This document shows positions 26,443-40,789 of a DNA stretch of 64,000 nucleotides, piece by piece. The notes under the pieces are model-generated. The model was not told the DNA's origin, made no database searches, and saw only the letters and a program-made list of their open reading frames with translations. Position 1 is the first letter of the stretch. Each line of letters begins with the position of its first letter. Origin of the DNA: Octopus vulgaris (lineage: Eukaryota); contig OX597814.1 of assembly GCA_951406725.2 (NCBI GenBank), forward strand, positions 179,986,001 to 180,050,000, read 5' to 3'. A program made the translations under genes and the position numbers.

Positions 26443-26934
26443 CATATATATGCACACACATATACACACACACATGTATATATACACACACGACCACACA
26501 TACATATACACACAAAAAAATAAAAAAATATATACATACACACACATACACATACACACATACACACACATATCCACATACACACATGCACACACAAGTC
26601 CCTATATACACATATATACATATATATTAACTAGTGGACTTTTTGGGGGTAGGCACAAAAATATATTAACTAGTGGACTTTTTGGGGGTAGGCATAGCGC
26701 AAAAATATATTAACTAGTGGACTTTTTGGGGGTAGGCATGCAAAAATATCATACTTGGGGAGTGGTCAAGGAGTCAGTGGTAAATTAGATAAAACAATAA
26801 ATAAAGAATAAAAAAATATATAGAAGAATAGAGTTTTAGGTAAATTAGGTAAATATACATACACACACATACACATACACACATACACACACATATCCAC
26901 ATACACACATGCACACACAAGTCCCTATATACAC

Positions 26935-26976
<42 letters not shown>

Positions 26977-27257
26977 GTGTATATAGGGACTTGTGTGTGC
27001 ATGTGTGTATGTGGATATGTGTGTGTATGTGTGTATGTGTATGTGTGTGTATGTATATTTACCTAATTTACCTAAAACTCTATTCTTCTATATATTTTTT
27101 TATTCTTTTATTTATTGTTTTATCTAATTTACCACTGACTCCTTGACCACTCCCCAAGTATGATATTTTTGCGCTATGCCTACCCCCAAAAAGTCCACCG
27201 CCACCACCCCTTTAAACCTGCCTAAATGTATAAATGCCAATACAATTCTTGTTAACT

Positions 27258-27308
27258 AGCTTCCTGATGATTTCTCTTGAATGAAACAGTTCTAGTCCTG
27301 TAGAAGCT
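27258..27308 (+). ncRNA. Type I hammerhead ribozyme (H1)
   Basis: Identical to 562-612. Confidence 0.8.
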
Positions 27309-27770
27309 CCTTCTATATAATAAATATATATATATATATGACGGATTTCTTTCAGTTTCCGTCTACCGAATCCACTCACAAGGCTATAGTAGAAGACACT
27401 TGCCCAAGGTGCCACGCAGTGGGACCGAACCCGGAACCATGTGGTTGTTAAGCAAGCTATTACCACACAGCCACTCTTGTGCACTCTCGTGCAACTCGTA
27501 TGAAAGAATTACCATGGTATACTTTTGATTACCATGGTAAATTTTTGATTCAAAGAACTAGTTAATTAGAGTCCAAATCCCTGGTTGACTATAAGACTCT
27601 ATTGTTTGAAATGATCCAACGGTTAATGTTAACTGCCATCACAATTTATCAATTATCCAGAACAACGTACATTACCGCCTACACAAGAAAAATAAATACA
27701 TACACACGTTTTGTCATTAACTCACACATGCATGCTCTCTCTCTCTCTCTCGCTCTCTCTCTCCCCACAC

Positions 27771-27823
<53 letters not shown>

Positions 27824-27954
27824 CACACATACACACACGAACAGTCACACTCACTCTAAAAGTGAATATTATTAGAAACGGATACCGCAAGAAGAAATAT
27901 ATAACACCTATACATGCATACATACGTACATACATACATACATACATACATATA

Positions 27955-28010
<56 letters not shown>

Positions 28011-28625
28011 TGTGTGTTGGGGGTATGTTAAGAATGATGAAGGGAAGGAAGAAGAAAGAGAGACAGAGAAGAAAATTTTAAGTCACTATAAACTTGCATT
28101 CATGAAATATAAACATCGAAACAAAATTACGGAAAGCGAGGCATTATATATACACTTCCGAGCAGTTAATTCTAAATTTCTTCTCGTGTTTAATAACGAA
28201 CGTAAATGCCCTCTGTCGCTGAAAATGAGAAAACAAAATGTATAAAAAAAATTTAAAACAAAAATAACAAACTAACAGTATTAATACAGCGTGACAAAAT
28301 AAGTACGAGAAATTTGCAACACTTTTATTGATGGAGAGTCTCTGTTGCAACAAATCACGGAAAATCAATGAAAAATAAGTTTCGTAAAAATGTTCGCCAT
28401 TTATGAGGCCCTGACTATTTCAAGCATAAAATTAGACTGGGCGCGCTACTACAGATTATCACCTTTTTTTTCAATATTCAGTGGCTTCACCTTAATAAAA
28501 AAAAAAAAAAGAACTCCCCAGTCTGAATGAAAGCACATTTCAACTTTGGTGAAGGTTCCAGTGGAAAAAAAATCTTCATTCTCAGCAAGCCTTTGTGTGT
28601 ATGTGTGTGTAAATATATGTATGCA

Positions 28626-29040
28626 TATTTCTTTACTACCCACAAGGGGTTAAACACAGAGAGGACAAACAAGGACAGACAAACGGATTAAGTCGATTAT
28701 ATCGACCCCAGTGCGTAACTGGTACTTAATTTATCGACCCCGAAAGGATGAAAGGCAAAGTCGACCTCGGCGGAATTTGAACTCAGAACGTAGCAGCAGA
28801 CGAAATACCTATTTCTTTACTACCCACAAGGGGCTAAACACAGAGAGGACAAACAAGGACAGACAAAGGGATTAAGTCGATTATATCGACCACAGCGCGT
28901 AAATGGTACTTAATTTATCGACCCCGAAAAGATGAAAGGCAAAGTCGACCTCAGCGGAATTTGAACTCAGAACGTAACGGCAGACGAAATACGGCTACGC
29001 ATTTCGCCCGGCGTGCTAACGTTTCTGCCAGCTCGCCGCC
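28626..29040 (-). mobile_element. SINE family A, head plus two tandem units
   Basis: Full head GGCGGCGAGCTGGCAGAAACG; internal junction GAAATACCTATTTCTTT at ~28802-28818. Confidence 0.92.
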
Positions 29041-29577
29041 TTCAAATACATACATAATATATGCATGCGTATAGGTTGATACGTAGTTATAGATATGTAG
29101 ATATAAACATTCACGCAAGTTCACTTTGATGTAGAAATAAACAGAAGATCTGTCGAGGAAGTCATCAGTAATACGATCGTATCGTATTCAGGAAAGATGG
29201 TATTTTTCGTTGCCTTGTTCATTCTATAATATTGGTAGCAAATCAATTCATGGGTTTCATGATCTCTTTCACATCTCGACGATACGGTGAAAAAGCTGTT
29301 TGTTATCTTATATGCATTTTTTTCTCTAATTAAACATTTTTAAGAGGAAACCTATGCTCGTAAAATTGTAATTGCATTTCCCAGGGAAGTTGCTATTTTA
29401 TTTTTGATACAAATAAAATTACGCAATTTCTGTATTGATGATATAAAAACCAGCGTACGCTTTTTAGTGTAATCAGTAAACTCACGTCGCCCAGCAACTG
29501 ATTTAAAGACTGCAAGGCAACACCGAATAACTCCAGTTCATTTATTCAAAAAATATTTGATGTGTGTGCACACACAT

Positions 29578-29633
<56 letters not shown>

Positions 29634-29638
29634 TATGT

Positions 29639-29689
<51 letters not shown>

Positions 29690-29720
29690 TATATATATAT
29701 ATGTATGTATGTATGTATGT

Positions 29721-29751
<31 letters not shown>

Positions 29752-29882
29752 GAATGTTATATATATATATGTATGTATGTATATATGTATATATGCATTT
29801 ATATATTCATATATATGCGTGTGTATGTATGCGTATATGTACGTATGTATGCGTATATATATGTAATTTATATTTATATATG

Positions 29883-29989
<107 letters not shown>

Positions 29990-31165
29990 CATTACGGTGG
30001 TTTGTTACATGTGCATTTTCGTGGTTTATCTCTTTTTCTGTGGAATCTAGCTTACAAATCAATAAAATGAAATAATAAAGCGACACAATACTGCTTCATA
30101 AAATGCCAGTAACCAATCAAGAAAAGGTTTAAGTTCATTTCGTGACCTTACAGCTAGATGTGAACTTTAGAAAAGAAAAAAAGAAAAAGTTCGTACTTGT
30201 TTCATTTTTTTTTTTCTTCAGATTTTGTTTTTGTACTGAGAAATATTTCCTTGTCCTATTTGTCATTTGTGAAGCTAAAAAAAAATTGTTTTCTCTAAGG
30301 TTTGTGATTTTCAACGACTTGAATGATTCCAACTTAACAATCTTAACAATCATAAATCTTATTCTCGGTTAATTTTCTTGTTGGTATTGTTATTTTTGTG
30401 TCGTTTCCTTTTATCAAATCTATTTTTCTTTTTAGGTAAATTTCATTATGATTTGAAAATAACATAAGAATAATTTGATTGTAGAACGGAGGCTAAATTC
30501 CGGTGACTTTTCGAACGTTTGGTTTTTTTCTTCTTCATTCTTTATTAATATCTCTAACCAAGAAAGAAAAGTGATTTAAAATGAAGAAAGCAGTTCAACA
30601 GGAACATATAAACGAACTATTACAAGAAGGACATTTACTACGTTTATAATCATTAAAATTCTTGTGATTAACAAAAAGGAAACACCTCCATATTTCTTCC
30701 TAGTATGAGATGCAATAAAAGGTATATATGCAAATGTATAATGTATACACTACATTGTGTAAGTGTACGATTCTCATTGTGGACAAACCACCCACAATGA
30801 TTATCAATCACATCCCCTTCAAACTTAAATAAAAAACGGTTATATTCCACAATGTAATCCATGATATACAAAGAGATAAACTTGGTCATAGCCTGATCTG
30901 TGGCTAAACAACAAAAAGTGTATAGTAATTTACAACGCATCATAGGTAACCAAATGGTTTGGGTAATGAGCGACCAGCTGAGACGTTAGTAGTTCGAATC
31001 TTTAGGGACACAGACAGTTGATTCTTAAATGCCTGTCAGCGCAGCTGGGAATAGGTAACACTGGGTACAAAGAAACATCACTTCGACTCGGAAAAGCCTT
31101 ATAAAATTGAAAAGTAGTTTGTTAACCACTTTTCAATTTTTTCAAGACTCACTTCAACTCTTCAC

Positions 31166-31612
31166 ATACCGCACTTTTTTCCCAAAATTTAAAGGCCAAA
31201 ATCCCTAGTGCGTACTATATACGAGGTTAAAAATGAAAATTATTTTCTAAGCAATGTCCGAGGCTCTATTTGCTGTCCGGCAATATTTATTCAGACGCAT
31301 TTTGTGATGTCGGGCGCGAAAATACCTTAAATCATCCATAACTTGCAGTTAGCAGCATTTATTAAACGTTATTACTGTTATTTTTTTATTTTCTGCAAAC
31401 AAAATGCACAAAAAAGCTACACGTTTGCATTATGTTATATATACAATAATAATGAAGGACGTTACCGTTTACAGTTTTACAAACCGAGGACGTTATATAG
31501 ACTTCCTTGACTCAAGTTAGAGAAGGGGTGCATATTATACACAAGGTTTAGGTTTTTCAGAGGTACAGCCCCCTAAATATTCCCTGCGTATTATACTCGA
31601 GGATTTACGGTA
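31166..31612. mobile_element. Tc1/pogo-type MITE
   Basis: Right end TGCGTATTATACTCGAGGATTTACGG|TA. Subterminal TGCGTA.TATA.ACGAGG motif repeated at ~31209 and ~31530. Confidence 0.5.
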
Positions 31613-32175
31613 CATAGGAATTTTAAAGGTCCTAGGATTCAAGTCGTGATCGTCTCGTCTTTATAAAAAAGAATTACAAGTTGATACTCAAATGAAAAAA
31701 GGAAACTGTAGATTCTGAATATACATAATTAAAAGTAAAACGGAAACAGATTGGAAACTAACCAAGTGTAACTTAGCTTCCAAGAAAGCTTAGCTTCTGA
31801 GAAACTCCCCTTTTAGACTTTAAATTGTCGTCTTGTGGCTTTTCAATTTTGTGGGTGTCCCAGGAAGTTCAAATGATCAGGTGTTTAACATTAACTCCAA
31901 TCAAAAATGCATACAAAAGGCCGACACAAATATGTTTTAATATTTCTGCGGTACGATTATGAGCTTCATTCTCAGAGATTCGGTGAAGAAGAAGGATTAT
32001 GAATTTCAATCAATACATTTAGAAATCTCAATATCCTCGGATTATCGTTTTATTACAGTGTTTGATCAGCGGTCCTACAGTTTTCTAAGCCCTGTAAAAG
32101 AACTCCGAAGTTTGAGCGTCAAACCAGGGTTTTCATGATACTTTAAACCCAGAAACTTTTCAGCACTCCCTTGTG

Positions 32176-32238
<63 letters not shown>

Positions 32239-32565
32239 TCCTAAGTCATGAAACTTGTCGAATCGACGTTATCTATAAATATTCTTGTAAGAAAATAATC
32301 CTTTCTACTAAAGGCACAACCCCACTGTTTCAGAGATACTTAATTTATCGACCCCGAAAGGATGAAAGGTAAAGCCGACCGCAGCGGAATTTGATCTCAG
32401 AACATACAGGCAGATGAAACGCCGCTAAGCCCGTTGCGCTAACGATTCTGCCAGCTCATCATCTTAAAATAATACCTTACTACAACCTCTAGCGTACCCA
32501 TATATACAAAGAATCTTGATAAGTCATAATAAAACCTTCAACCAACAGAAATTGTAACTTCAGTA

Positions 32566-33883
<1,318 letters not shown>

Positions 33884-34594
33884 TGGATATATTTACTATA
33901 TACAATCCATATACAATTTTTCTGCTAACATCCAACATTAATGAATATGTGTATCTACATAATTACACATGCCGGGCCAAACAATAGCTAACTTTCTTTA
34001 TTAAATCAGAAAAAGAAACGGTCTCCACTATATCCGCCCACGCCATACAAACGTATACTCTCCACATTCCTTTTCCATCTCATCTTCTAATAAAACCGAT
34101 TCTTTTTTCTGCCTACAAACCTCACATTTCTTGTATATATTCAATTTTTTCGCACTTCTTATATGCATCCAATTCTTTCCTAAGTACTCTCCATGAAGAA
34201 ATGTGTTCTGCTATATCGAAAGATTACTATTATGTAATCCTTCGAACGTTATTTTCTTATATTTTCATTCTTTAGGGTTTTTTTGTAAAGTTATTGAGTC
34301 ACAGAAATTGTGATGGATTTCGTGATTTTCCAGTCTCTCTCGTATCTATACTGTTTCCTTCTTAGTCCTGGTTCTATACAAGTCTTTCTGAATTATCTCC
34401 TGAACACTGTCAGAAATAATTCACCTTCGGAACTGGTACTATGATGTTTGCAGATAATCACGGTGATGAGCAAACACAAGAAAAGATAGAATGAGTGAAT
34501 GAGTTTTAACAAAGGTATTTTTAATACAGCGCGTAAAAGGGAAAGGAAGCAATCACTGACGTTTCGCACTATATATATATATATAAGAATATAT

Positions 34595-34683
<89 letters not shown>

Positions 34684-34691
34684 TGTGTGTG

Positions 34692-34937
34692 TGGAGGCGC
34701 AATGGCCAAGCGGTTAGGGCAGTGGACTCGCGGTTGTAGGATCGCGGTTTCGATTGTGAGTATTTATTGAGCTGGAGCCCTGCTTTTAGTCGAACAAATC
34801 GACCCCAGGACTTATTCTTTGTAAACCTAGTACTTATTCTATCGGTCTCTTTTGCCGAACCTCTAAGTTACGGGGACGTAAACACACCAACATCGGTTGT
34901 CAAGTGATGGTGGGGGAACAAACGCAAACACACAAAC

Positions 34938-35022
<85 letters not shown>

Positions 35023-35181
35023 CAACGGGCTTCTTTCAGTTTCTGTCTACCAAAATCCACTCACAAGGCTTTGGTCGAGGCTATAGTAGAAGACACTTGC
35101 CCAAGGTGCCACGCAGTAGGACTGAACCCGGAACCATGTGGCTGGTAAGCAAGCTACTTACCACACAGCCACGTCTGCGCC
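34692..35181. mobile_element. SINE C head (+) fused to a tail-truncated SINE B (-) with internal (GATA)n
   Basis: TGGAGGCGCAATGGCC..GGTTTCGAT at 34692-34770; B body at 34771-35181. Confidence 0.8.
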
Positions 35182-35263
35182 AGTTTAGCACAAAATTTTT
35201 ATTGTATCACGAGCTTCCAATTTGTCTTCAGGTCCTGGTAGCATTCTACCAACTAGTCAGCTA

Positions 35264-35347
35264 CGACAGGCAGTATTAGTGCGACAGGCAGTATTAGTGC
35301 GACAGGCAGTATTAGTGCGACAGGCAGTATTAGTGCGACAGGCAGTG
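35264..35347. repeat. 18-bp minisatellite, ~4.6 copies
   Basis: CGACAGGCAGTATTAGTG tandem. Confidence 0.95.
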
Positions 35348-36370
35348 TTCAAAGTGCTGACACAGCTATCTACTTCAATCTGGAATTAAAAGAAGTTGAT
35401 AGGTTAACTTATTAGATGTATAGTAGATTTGCATTAGGACTCCCTTCATCGACAACCGGTGACTGCCGTACGCTGAAGACAGGCAAATACCTAGAAACTG
35501 CAGTCCGTGCGTGTCACCTAGGTTGACGAGGGAGAGATGACCTCCCTTTGCAAATACCATAAGGGCACAGAAAGTGTGTCTAAAGCCAGCTGGAGACGAT
35601 GATCTCCTGGGGCTACAAGCTACAAACACCCACCCTTAGTGGTTAGCCATATTGAGATGGCTAGTATACCTTAAATTATATACTAAAATTACAATAATTT
35701 GGACAGCTTTAACTGCCCCTCCTAAACAAGTCTCAAAACTTCTGGAAAGTACCTCCTATACATACATACTCACACACAGACACAATACACACACACTCGC
35801 GCGCGCGTTTTTGTGTGTGTGTAATAGTAGATCATCCGACCATCTGACGAAGTGTGCATGCCCTACACCCGTGAGACTAAAGTAATGGGAAACTGAGTCA
35901 AATTATTACTTTCTTTTGCTTATTCACTCGCTAATCTGATAGTAAAAAAAAAATTGTGATTTAATAATCATTTTATTTGAATAACCTTAAATGTTCATTA
36001 TTTACATTTGACAGATATTTGTCCTCATCTTCTTTGTTGTTAACAACGTTTCACCTGATATACCCTCCAGACAGGTGTTTTGGGGGAAATGTCGAACCTG
36101 GGTTCTCATTCCAAAGGTATTTTTCGATGTTGTTATTATTATTCAGGTCACTGCCTGAAATCGAACTCGGAATCTTGAGGTTAGTAGCCCGCGCTCTTAA
36201 CCACTACGCCATATACTTGTGAGCAATTAAGGGGTGAATTTTAAATAGACTGAAGTTAAAATAATAGACAGAGAACACCACTGGAGAATATGAAAACTAA
36301 AAGAAGCAGCACATTTGCTAGGATACAACCTCCTAAGCAGACCGAGTGCAGATATGAATAGCATATGGGA

Positions 36371-36759
36371 TGGATGGAAGCACTCCGTCGGTTACGACGA
36401 CGAGGGTTCCGGTTGATCCGATCAACGGAACAGCCTGCTCGTGAAATTAACGTGTAAGTGGCTGAGCACTCCACAGACACGTGTACCCTTAACGTAGTTC
36501 TCGGGGATATTCAGCGTGACACAGAGAGTGACAAGGCCGGCCCTTTGAAATACAGGTACAACAGAAACAGGAAGTAAGAGTGAGAGAAAGTTGTGGTGAA
36601 AGAGTACAGCAGGGATCACCACCATCCCTGCCGGAGCCTCGTGGAGCTTTTTATGTGTTCTCGCTCAATAAACACTCACAACGCCCGGTCTGGGAATCGA
36701 AATCGCGATCCTACGACCGCGAGTCCGCTGCCCTAACCACTGGGCCATTACGCCTCCAC
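36371..36759 (-). mobile_element. SINE family C, tail variant 2, full length with 11-bp TSD
   Basis: TSD AGCATATGGGA at 36360-36370 and 36760-36770. Confidence 0.92.
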
Positions 36760-36840
36760 AGCATATGGGAACCGGTATTAAGGAAGGATAAGAGAATATT
36801 AGATTTATAAGCCCTAAAATTCACTCCATATTTGCCCATA

Positions 36841-36903
36841 TGGCGTAGTGGTTAAGAGCGCGGGCTACTAATCCCAAGCTTCCGAGTTCGATTCCAGGCA
36901 GTG
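36841..36903 (+). promoter_or_regulatory. tRNA-like Pol III internal promoter inside the PLE terminal repeat (mirror copy ~36148-36212, minus strand)
   Basis: A-box TGGCGTAGTGG at 36841-51, anticodon-like loop CTACTAA, B-box GAGTTCGATTCC at 36884-95. Confidence 0.65.
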
Positions 36904-38325
36904 ACTTGAATAATTATTATTGAATAATAATAACATGAGAACCTAGGTTCGAAATTTCCCCAACAAACAAGATGTAAATAATGTACATAATTTCTCATTT
37001 CTTTATTATAGAACTGTATAACCTTAAATGCTCGCCTGCTCCACGCCTTTCTAGTCTTATCTACTTTTTAGCCGGTGAGCTGGCAGAATCGTTAACACGC
37101 CGGACAATTCCCCGTCTTTATGATCTGAGTTCAAATTCCACTGAGACCGACTTTGCATTTCACCCTCTCAGGGTCGATAAAATAAGTACCGGTTGAGCAC
37201 TTGGGTCAATGTTATCCACTTACTCTCTCATTAGAAATTGCTGGCCTTGCGCCAAAATTTGAAATCACCATCTATGCATTCATAATCTCAAAAGTTTGCC
37301 TGAATGTCTGCGTCGCGTGTGTGTATTTGTATATCTGAGAAAAAAGTAAACAATACTATGAACTTTCCTTATCCATTTTTTTTTTTTTTTTTTGCGTTTT
37401 CTAGTTCTGGGTTACCTAACTTTTCATTAGATCAGTTCACTTTTGACGAAACTCGAATCAGTTAACACTGCTCCTTAAATCTTCGGTTGTAGTTTTGAAA
37501 GTGGGGTGAAGTTTCAATTTAATCTGTTTCTCACGCATTCTCAGCTACCTCTGGAAAGAATTTTAACATCTCAGGATGGGAGACACTCTTCTAGTGGAAT
37601 TATTACAGAGATTAATTTCTAATATATTTTTTTGAAAACCATAATATTTTATTTTCAAAATTCCTTTAACTTTTGTGTTCATATCTGATCTAGCTAATCG
37701 CAAGTAATGTTCCATCATCGACGTCTGAAACGTATTTGCTTTCCATTAATCCTCATTTCTTGAGATTATTCTAAAAATTAATAATGATCCATAATCATCT
37801 TCAAGTTAAATTGAATTCCTGTTATTGTTATATTTCACGTGAAAACATAGCAGTTATTGCGACATTCTTAATTATTTTATTTGCGTGGTAGTTATTGTAA
37901 GAACCTTAATTGACGATTGGCCGCTTCTCATTCCAGTTAATGATTAGTGATTCCAATTTCATTTTATTTGTATTGCAGTTATTGCGATAACTTAATTAAA
38001 GATTTACTGATTCTCATTTCAGTTATGTGATTTCTGGAGAGGTAAACCCTCTAAGCGTGTCTACTTATCGGGAACGACTGCTAATGTTGTGGAACGAGGC
38101 AACCGTTTATCATACGGGCAAGTATTGTGATATTTCAGTACCTTAACCCAGAAAAATAATTGATAGTGACATCACGAAAAAGTGAATTCTCCTGAAAAAG
38201 TGCTAACATTCCAACCAAACATAAGCAACAGTGTGTCAGCAAACTGAAGAAAGTTTTCGAGGAATCGAAAGGGACAAAAATGCATTTTCCAGTGAGGGAG
38301 AGGTTTATAGAACGTGAAGGAAATA

Positions 38326-38526
38326 CAGTAATTCCTCGCCATATCGCGGTTCACCTATCATACACTCAGTACATCGCGGATTTTTCTGGCTAATATATGT
38401 AAATTTATATTGCGGACTTCTAAGTACATCGCGGGTTTCTGCGGCCGATAGGTATTTTTTTAGATTTCAATTATTTCTATGGAAAGTTTTGGAACATAAC
38501 ACCCGCGGGTAGTCGAGGAATTACCG
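38326..38526. mobile_element. Tigger/pogo-type MITE
   Basis: TIR CAGTAATTCCTCG / CGAGGAATTACCG with TA TSD. Confidence 0.75.
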
Positions 38527-38778
38527 TAGTCATTGAACGATTTGACATATCTTTCGCTGAAGGTGAGAGACTGATTACCTCATATCAATAGGTAATCAGA
38601 CCACTCGGTATACACTGATCCATAGCGTACATACCAGACGAAATGGTTATTAGGTTTCAAATTATAAACTAAAATAACTTAAATGCGAAGCCCTATACCC
38701 GTACTCCAGTGATCGAAGCTAGTAAAACAGTAAAAGATAAATGAATACCTCTTTGTACGTATGCGTGTATATATATAT

Positions 38779-39050
38779 AAATTATAATTTAGGGTATCTA
38801 AGAGACACCTCCACGCTGGAAATAGCAGCCAAAACTTGACTCTAAAACCACATTAATTGTTCGTACATTTGTATGAACATTTAATGTGGTTTTAGAGTCA
38901 AGTTTTGGCTGCTATTTCCAGCGTGGAGTTATCTTTTAGGTACCCTAAATTATAATTTTAATAATAATTATTACCTTTGAAGGATTTTATTCCCATGCTG
39001 GCCACTTGAAAAGATCGATATTTAAATTAACGATCTTATCCTTTTTATAT
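38779..39050. mobile_element. Fold-back insert (~88-bp arms plus tail) in (TA)n, PLE-like
   Basis: 38779-38867 and 38870-38958 are inverted. Tail contains GGATTTTATTCCC (minus strand GGGAATAAAATCC). Confidence 0.7.
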
Positions 39051-39052
39051 AT

Positions 39053-39099
<47 letters not shown>

Positions 39100-39102
<3 letters not shown>

Positions 39103-39275
39103 AATTTACAAAAAAAAACAGAAGACGGGTGTGTAAACAACAAACAGATGTATTAGTTTAACGCTCGGTAAGTGAGAAAGTATTTTACGTTTCGAGTCTA
39201 CGCTCTTCGACAGAAAGGAACATAGGAATAAACAGGGAGAGAAAATAGAAAACGGTTTAGTGACTAGCGATATAT
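39100..39275 (-). mobile_element. PLE-like terminal repeat (H3) with variant hammerhead motif
   Basis: Minus strand: TTT-CTGTCGA-A-GAGC(GTAG)ACTC-GAAAC-GTA^AAA at 39183-39216. Abuts (TA)n. Confidence 0.55.
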
Positions 39276-39344
39276 TATAATATAATATTAAAAAAAGTGA
39301 GGTGGTACAAGACGAGAAAATTTATTTCACCAGTTGACATCTGT

Positions 39345-39516
39345 ACAACGACGATCGTTTCGCAGTCTCTATCATATAAAAGCAACTTATTTTATCGTAT
39401 GATAATTAAATGAATAATAAATTATTTTACATGCTTGTATTAATGTATATAAATTATATAATACAGTTCTATAATTTATTAATTGACAGAGGTATTAAGA
39501 CTTGCTCATCAGGTAA
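39345..39516 (-). ncRNA. Hammerhead-like motif with ~130-nt stem II loop
   Basis: Minus strand: CTGATGA (39512-39506)-GCAAGTCT...AGACTGC-GAAAC-GATC-GTC (to 39350). Stem I is weak. Confidence 0.6.
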
Positions 39517-39598
39517 AATAATATCATAGGTAATTTACGTTTTTTATTACCTCAGTATATATATGAATATCACCGCGTTACTTAAATCCGTATATTGT

Positions 39599-39669
<71 letters not shown>

Positions 39670-39729
39670 CATACATACATACATACATACATACATACAT
39701 ACATACATACATACATACTGCTCCAGCTC

Positions 39730-40765
39730 TTGCTCGATGAGTCTGATGTCATTTCAGGTTAACGGTCCCAGCAGAGTAACCGTGCGTAGAGCTGACCAGG
39801 TCCACAAGTTCTCTCTATCCCTGGTGGGTCTGTAGCAGCCCCTCTGCACCCACCAAGATGACGTGCCTTCCTTAATCACGTCCAACTATCTGATGCGATG
39901 CCAGCCACAGGGCTCATCCAGCCAGCTACTGCTGCCTCGACGATAGTAAGGTCCTGATATTGTGATCTGATAGGAGGGCGAGAACATGTCGGAACCAGTG
40001 CATGCGACGGATGGCTATGGGACGGGAAGCTACGGTCTGATGCGTGCACGCACATAGCTCTTCGTTGGAAACGTGATGGCACCATCTGACGTTCTCGATT
40101 GTCGCTAGGGATCTGCCAGAGGTCTTCGTGAGAAACCACGTTTCTGCTCCATAGAGGAGAACGGAGAGGACCGATGTATTGTAGATGTGGAGCTTCGTAT
40201 TCCGGGAGATAGAGCAGTGGCGCCAAAATGGCTTCCATAGGAAATGCATTCTCCGGCGGTTAGACCACTCTGCGGTTCATCTCCGGAGTCAGGTCTCCAT
40301 TGTTGGTGTTTGTGTATCCCAGATAGATGAAGAAGCTAACAAACTCTACGACACCAGAGCCAATATAGAGCAGTGGAGAGTCTGGGCCATCACCGACATG
40401 CATCAGTTTGGTCAATCTGACAGTCAATCTTTGCTGATTCCTCTCCGTATATGGTCAGTGCGTCTCTGATCTGGTCGATCGAGTTGCTGAATAGGGTGGT
40501 AGTGTCCACATACTCCACGTCGGTAAAGTGGTAATTCTGATAGAAATTCACTCACAGACTTTGGTCATCAGATAATCGATGACACAGTAGAAGAGTGACA
40601 TTGGGAGGCGAGCCGATGACAACATTCACAATTTTCCAGAGAGATGTGTGATCGACCTTGTCGAATGCTACCTTGAGGTAAACAGAGGCGATGCAGAGGT
40701 GGTTATCTTCACAAAACTCCCGAGAGCTTTCAACAGTGAGATGAAGGGCAAAAATACTGGCGGTT
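39730..40765 (-). pseudogene. RTE-clade LINE RT and C-terminal fragments
   Basis: LKVAFDKVDHTSLWKI, TDVEYVDT (decayed YADD region), KLHIYNTSVLSVLLYGAETW. Confidence 0.8.
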
Positions 40766-40789
40766 GTATATATGTGTGTAAATATGCCA

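Larger units (their letters stand above)
25967..27325 (-). mobile_element. H1 element: tailed copy, three short tandem restarts, fold-back inverted copy
   Basis: 25967-26625 is inverted relative to 50-628. TATTAACTAGTGGACTTTTTGGGGGTAGGCA occurs three times. 26717-26942 and 26968-27198 form a palindrome. Confidence 0.8.
25684..27482 (-). mobile_element. SINE family B interrupted in its internal (TA)n by an H1 element
   Basis: 3' half at 25684-25910 and 5' half at 27340-27482. Confidence 0.85.
35994..37017 (+). mobile_element. 5'-truncated Penelope-like element (H2): inverted terminal repeat, GIY-YIG C-terminus, terminal repeat with tail, 13-bp TSD
   Basis: TSD ATAACCTTAAATG at 35981-35993 and 37018-37030. 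After removing the nested SINE, 36252-36810 reads EVKIIDREHHWRI*KLKEAAHLLGYNLLSRPSADMNSIWEPVLRKDKRILDL*. 35994-36245 is inverted relative to 36815-36985. Confidence 0.78.

Noticed and set aside
35264-35347. 18-bp repeats as a regulatory or CRISPR array
   Set aside because: Direct tandem repeat without spacers; ordinary minisatellite.
36841-36903. Genuine tRNA-Ser gene (also SINE heads at 11494, 34692 and others)
   Set aside because: No convincing acceptor stem, no Ser long variable arm, no oligo-T terminator; embedded in repeats.
37850-38030. Diverged ~90-bp local duplication
   Set aside because: Low-complexity and old; no interpretable structure.
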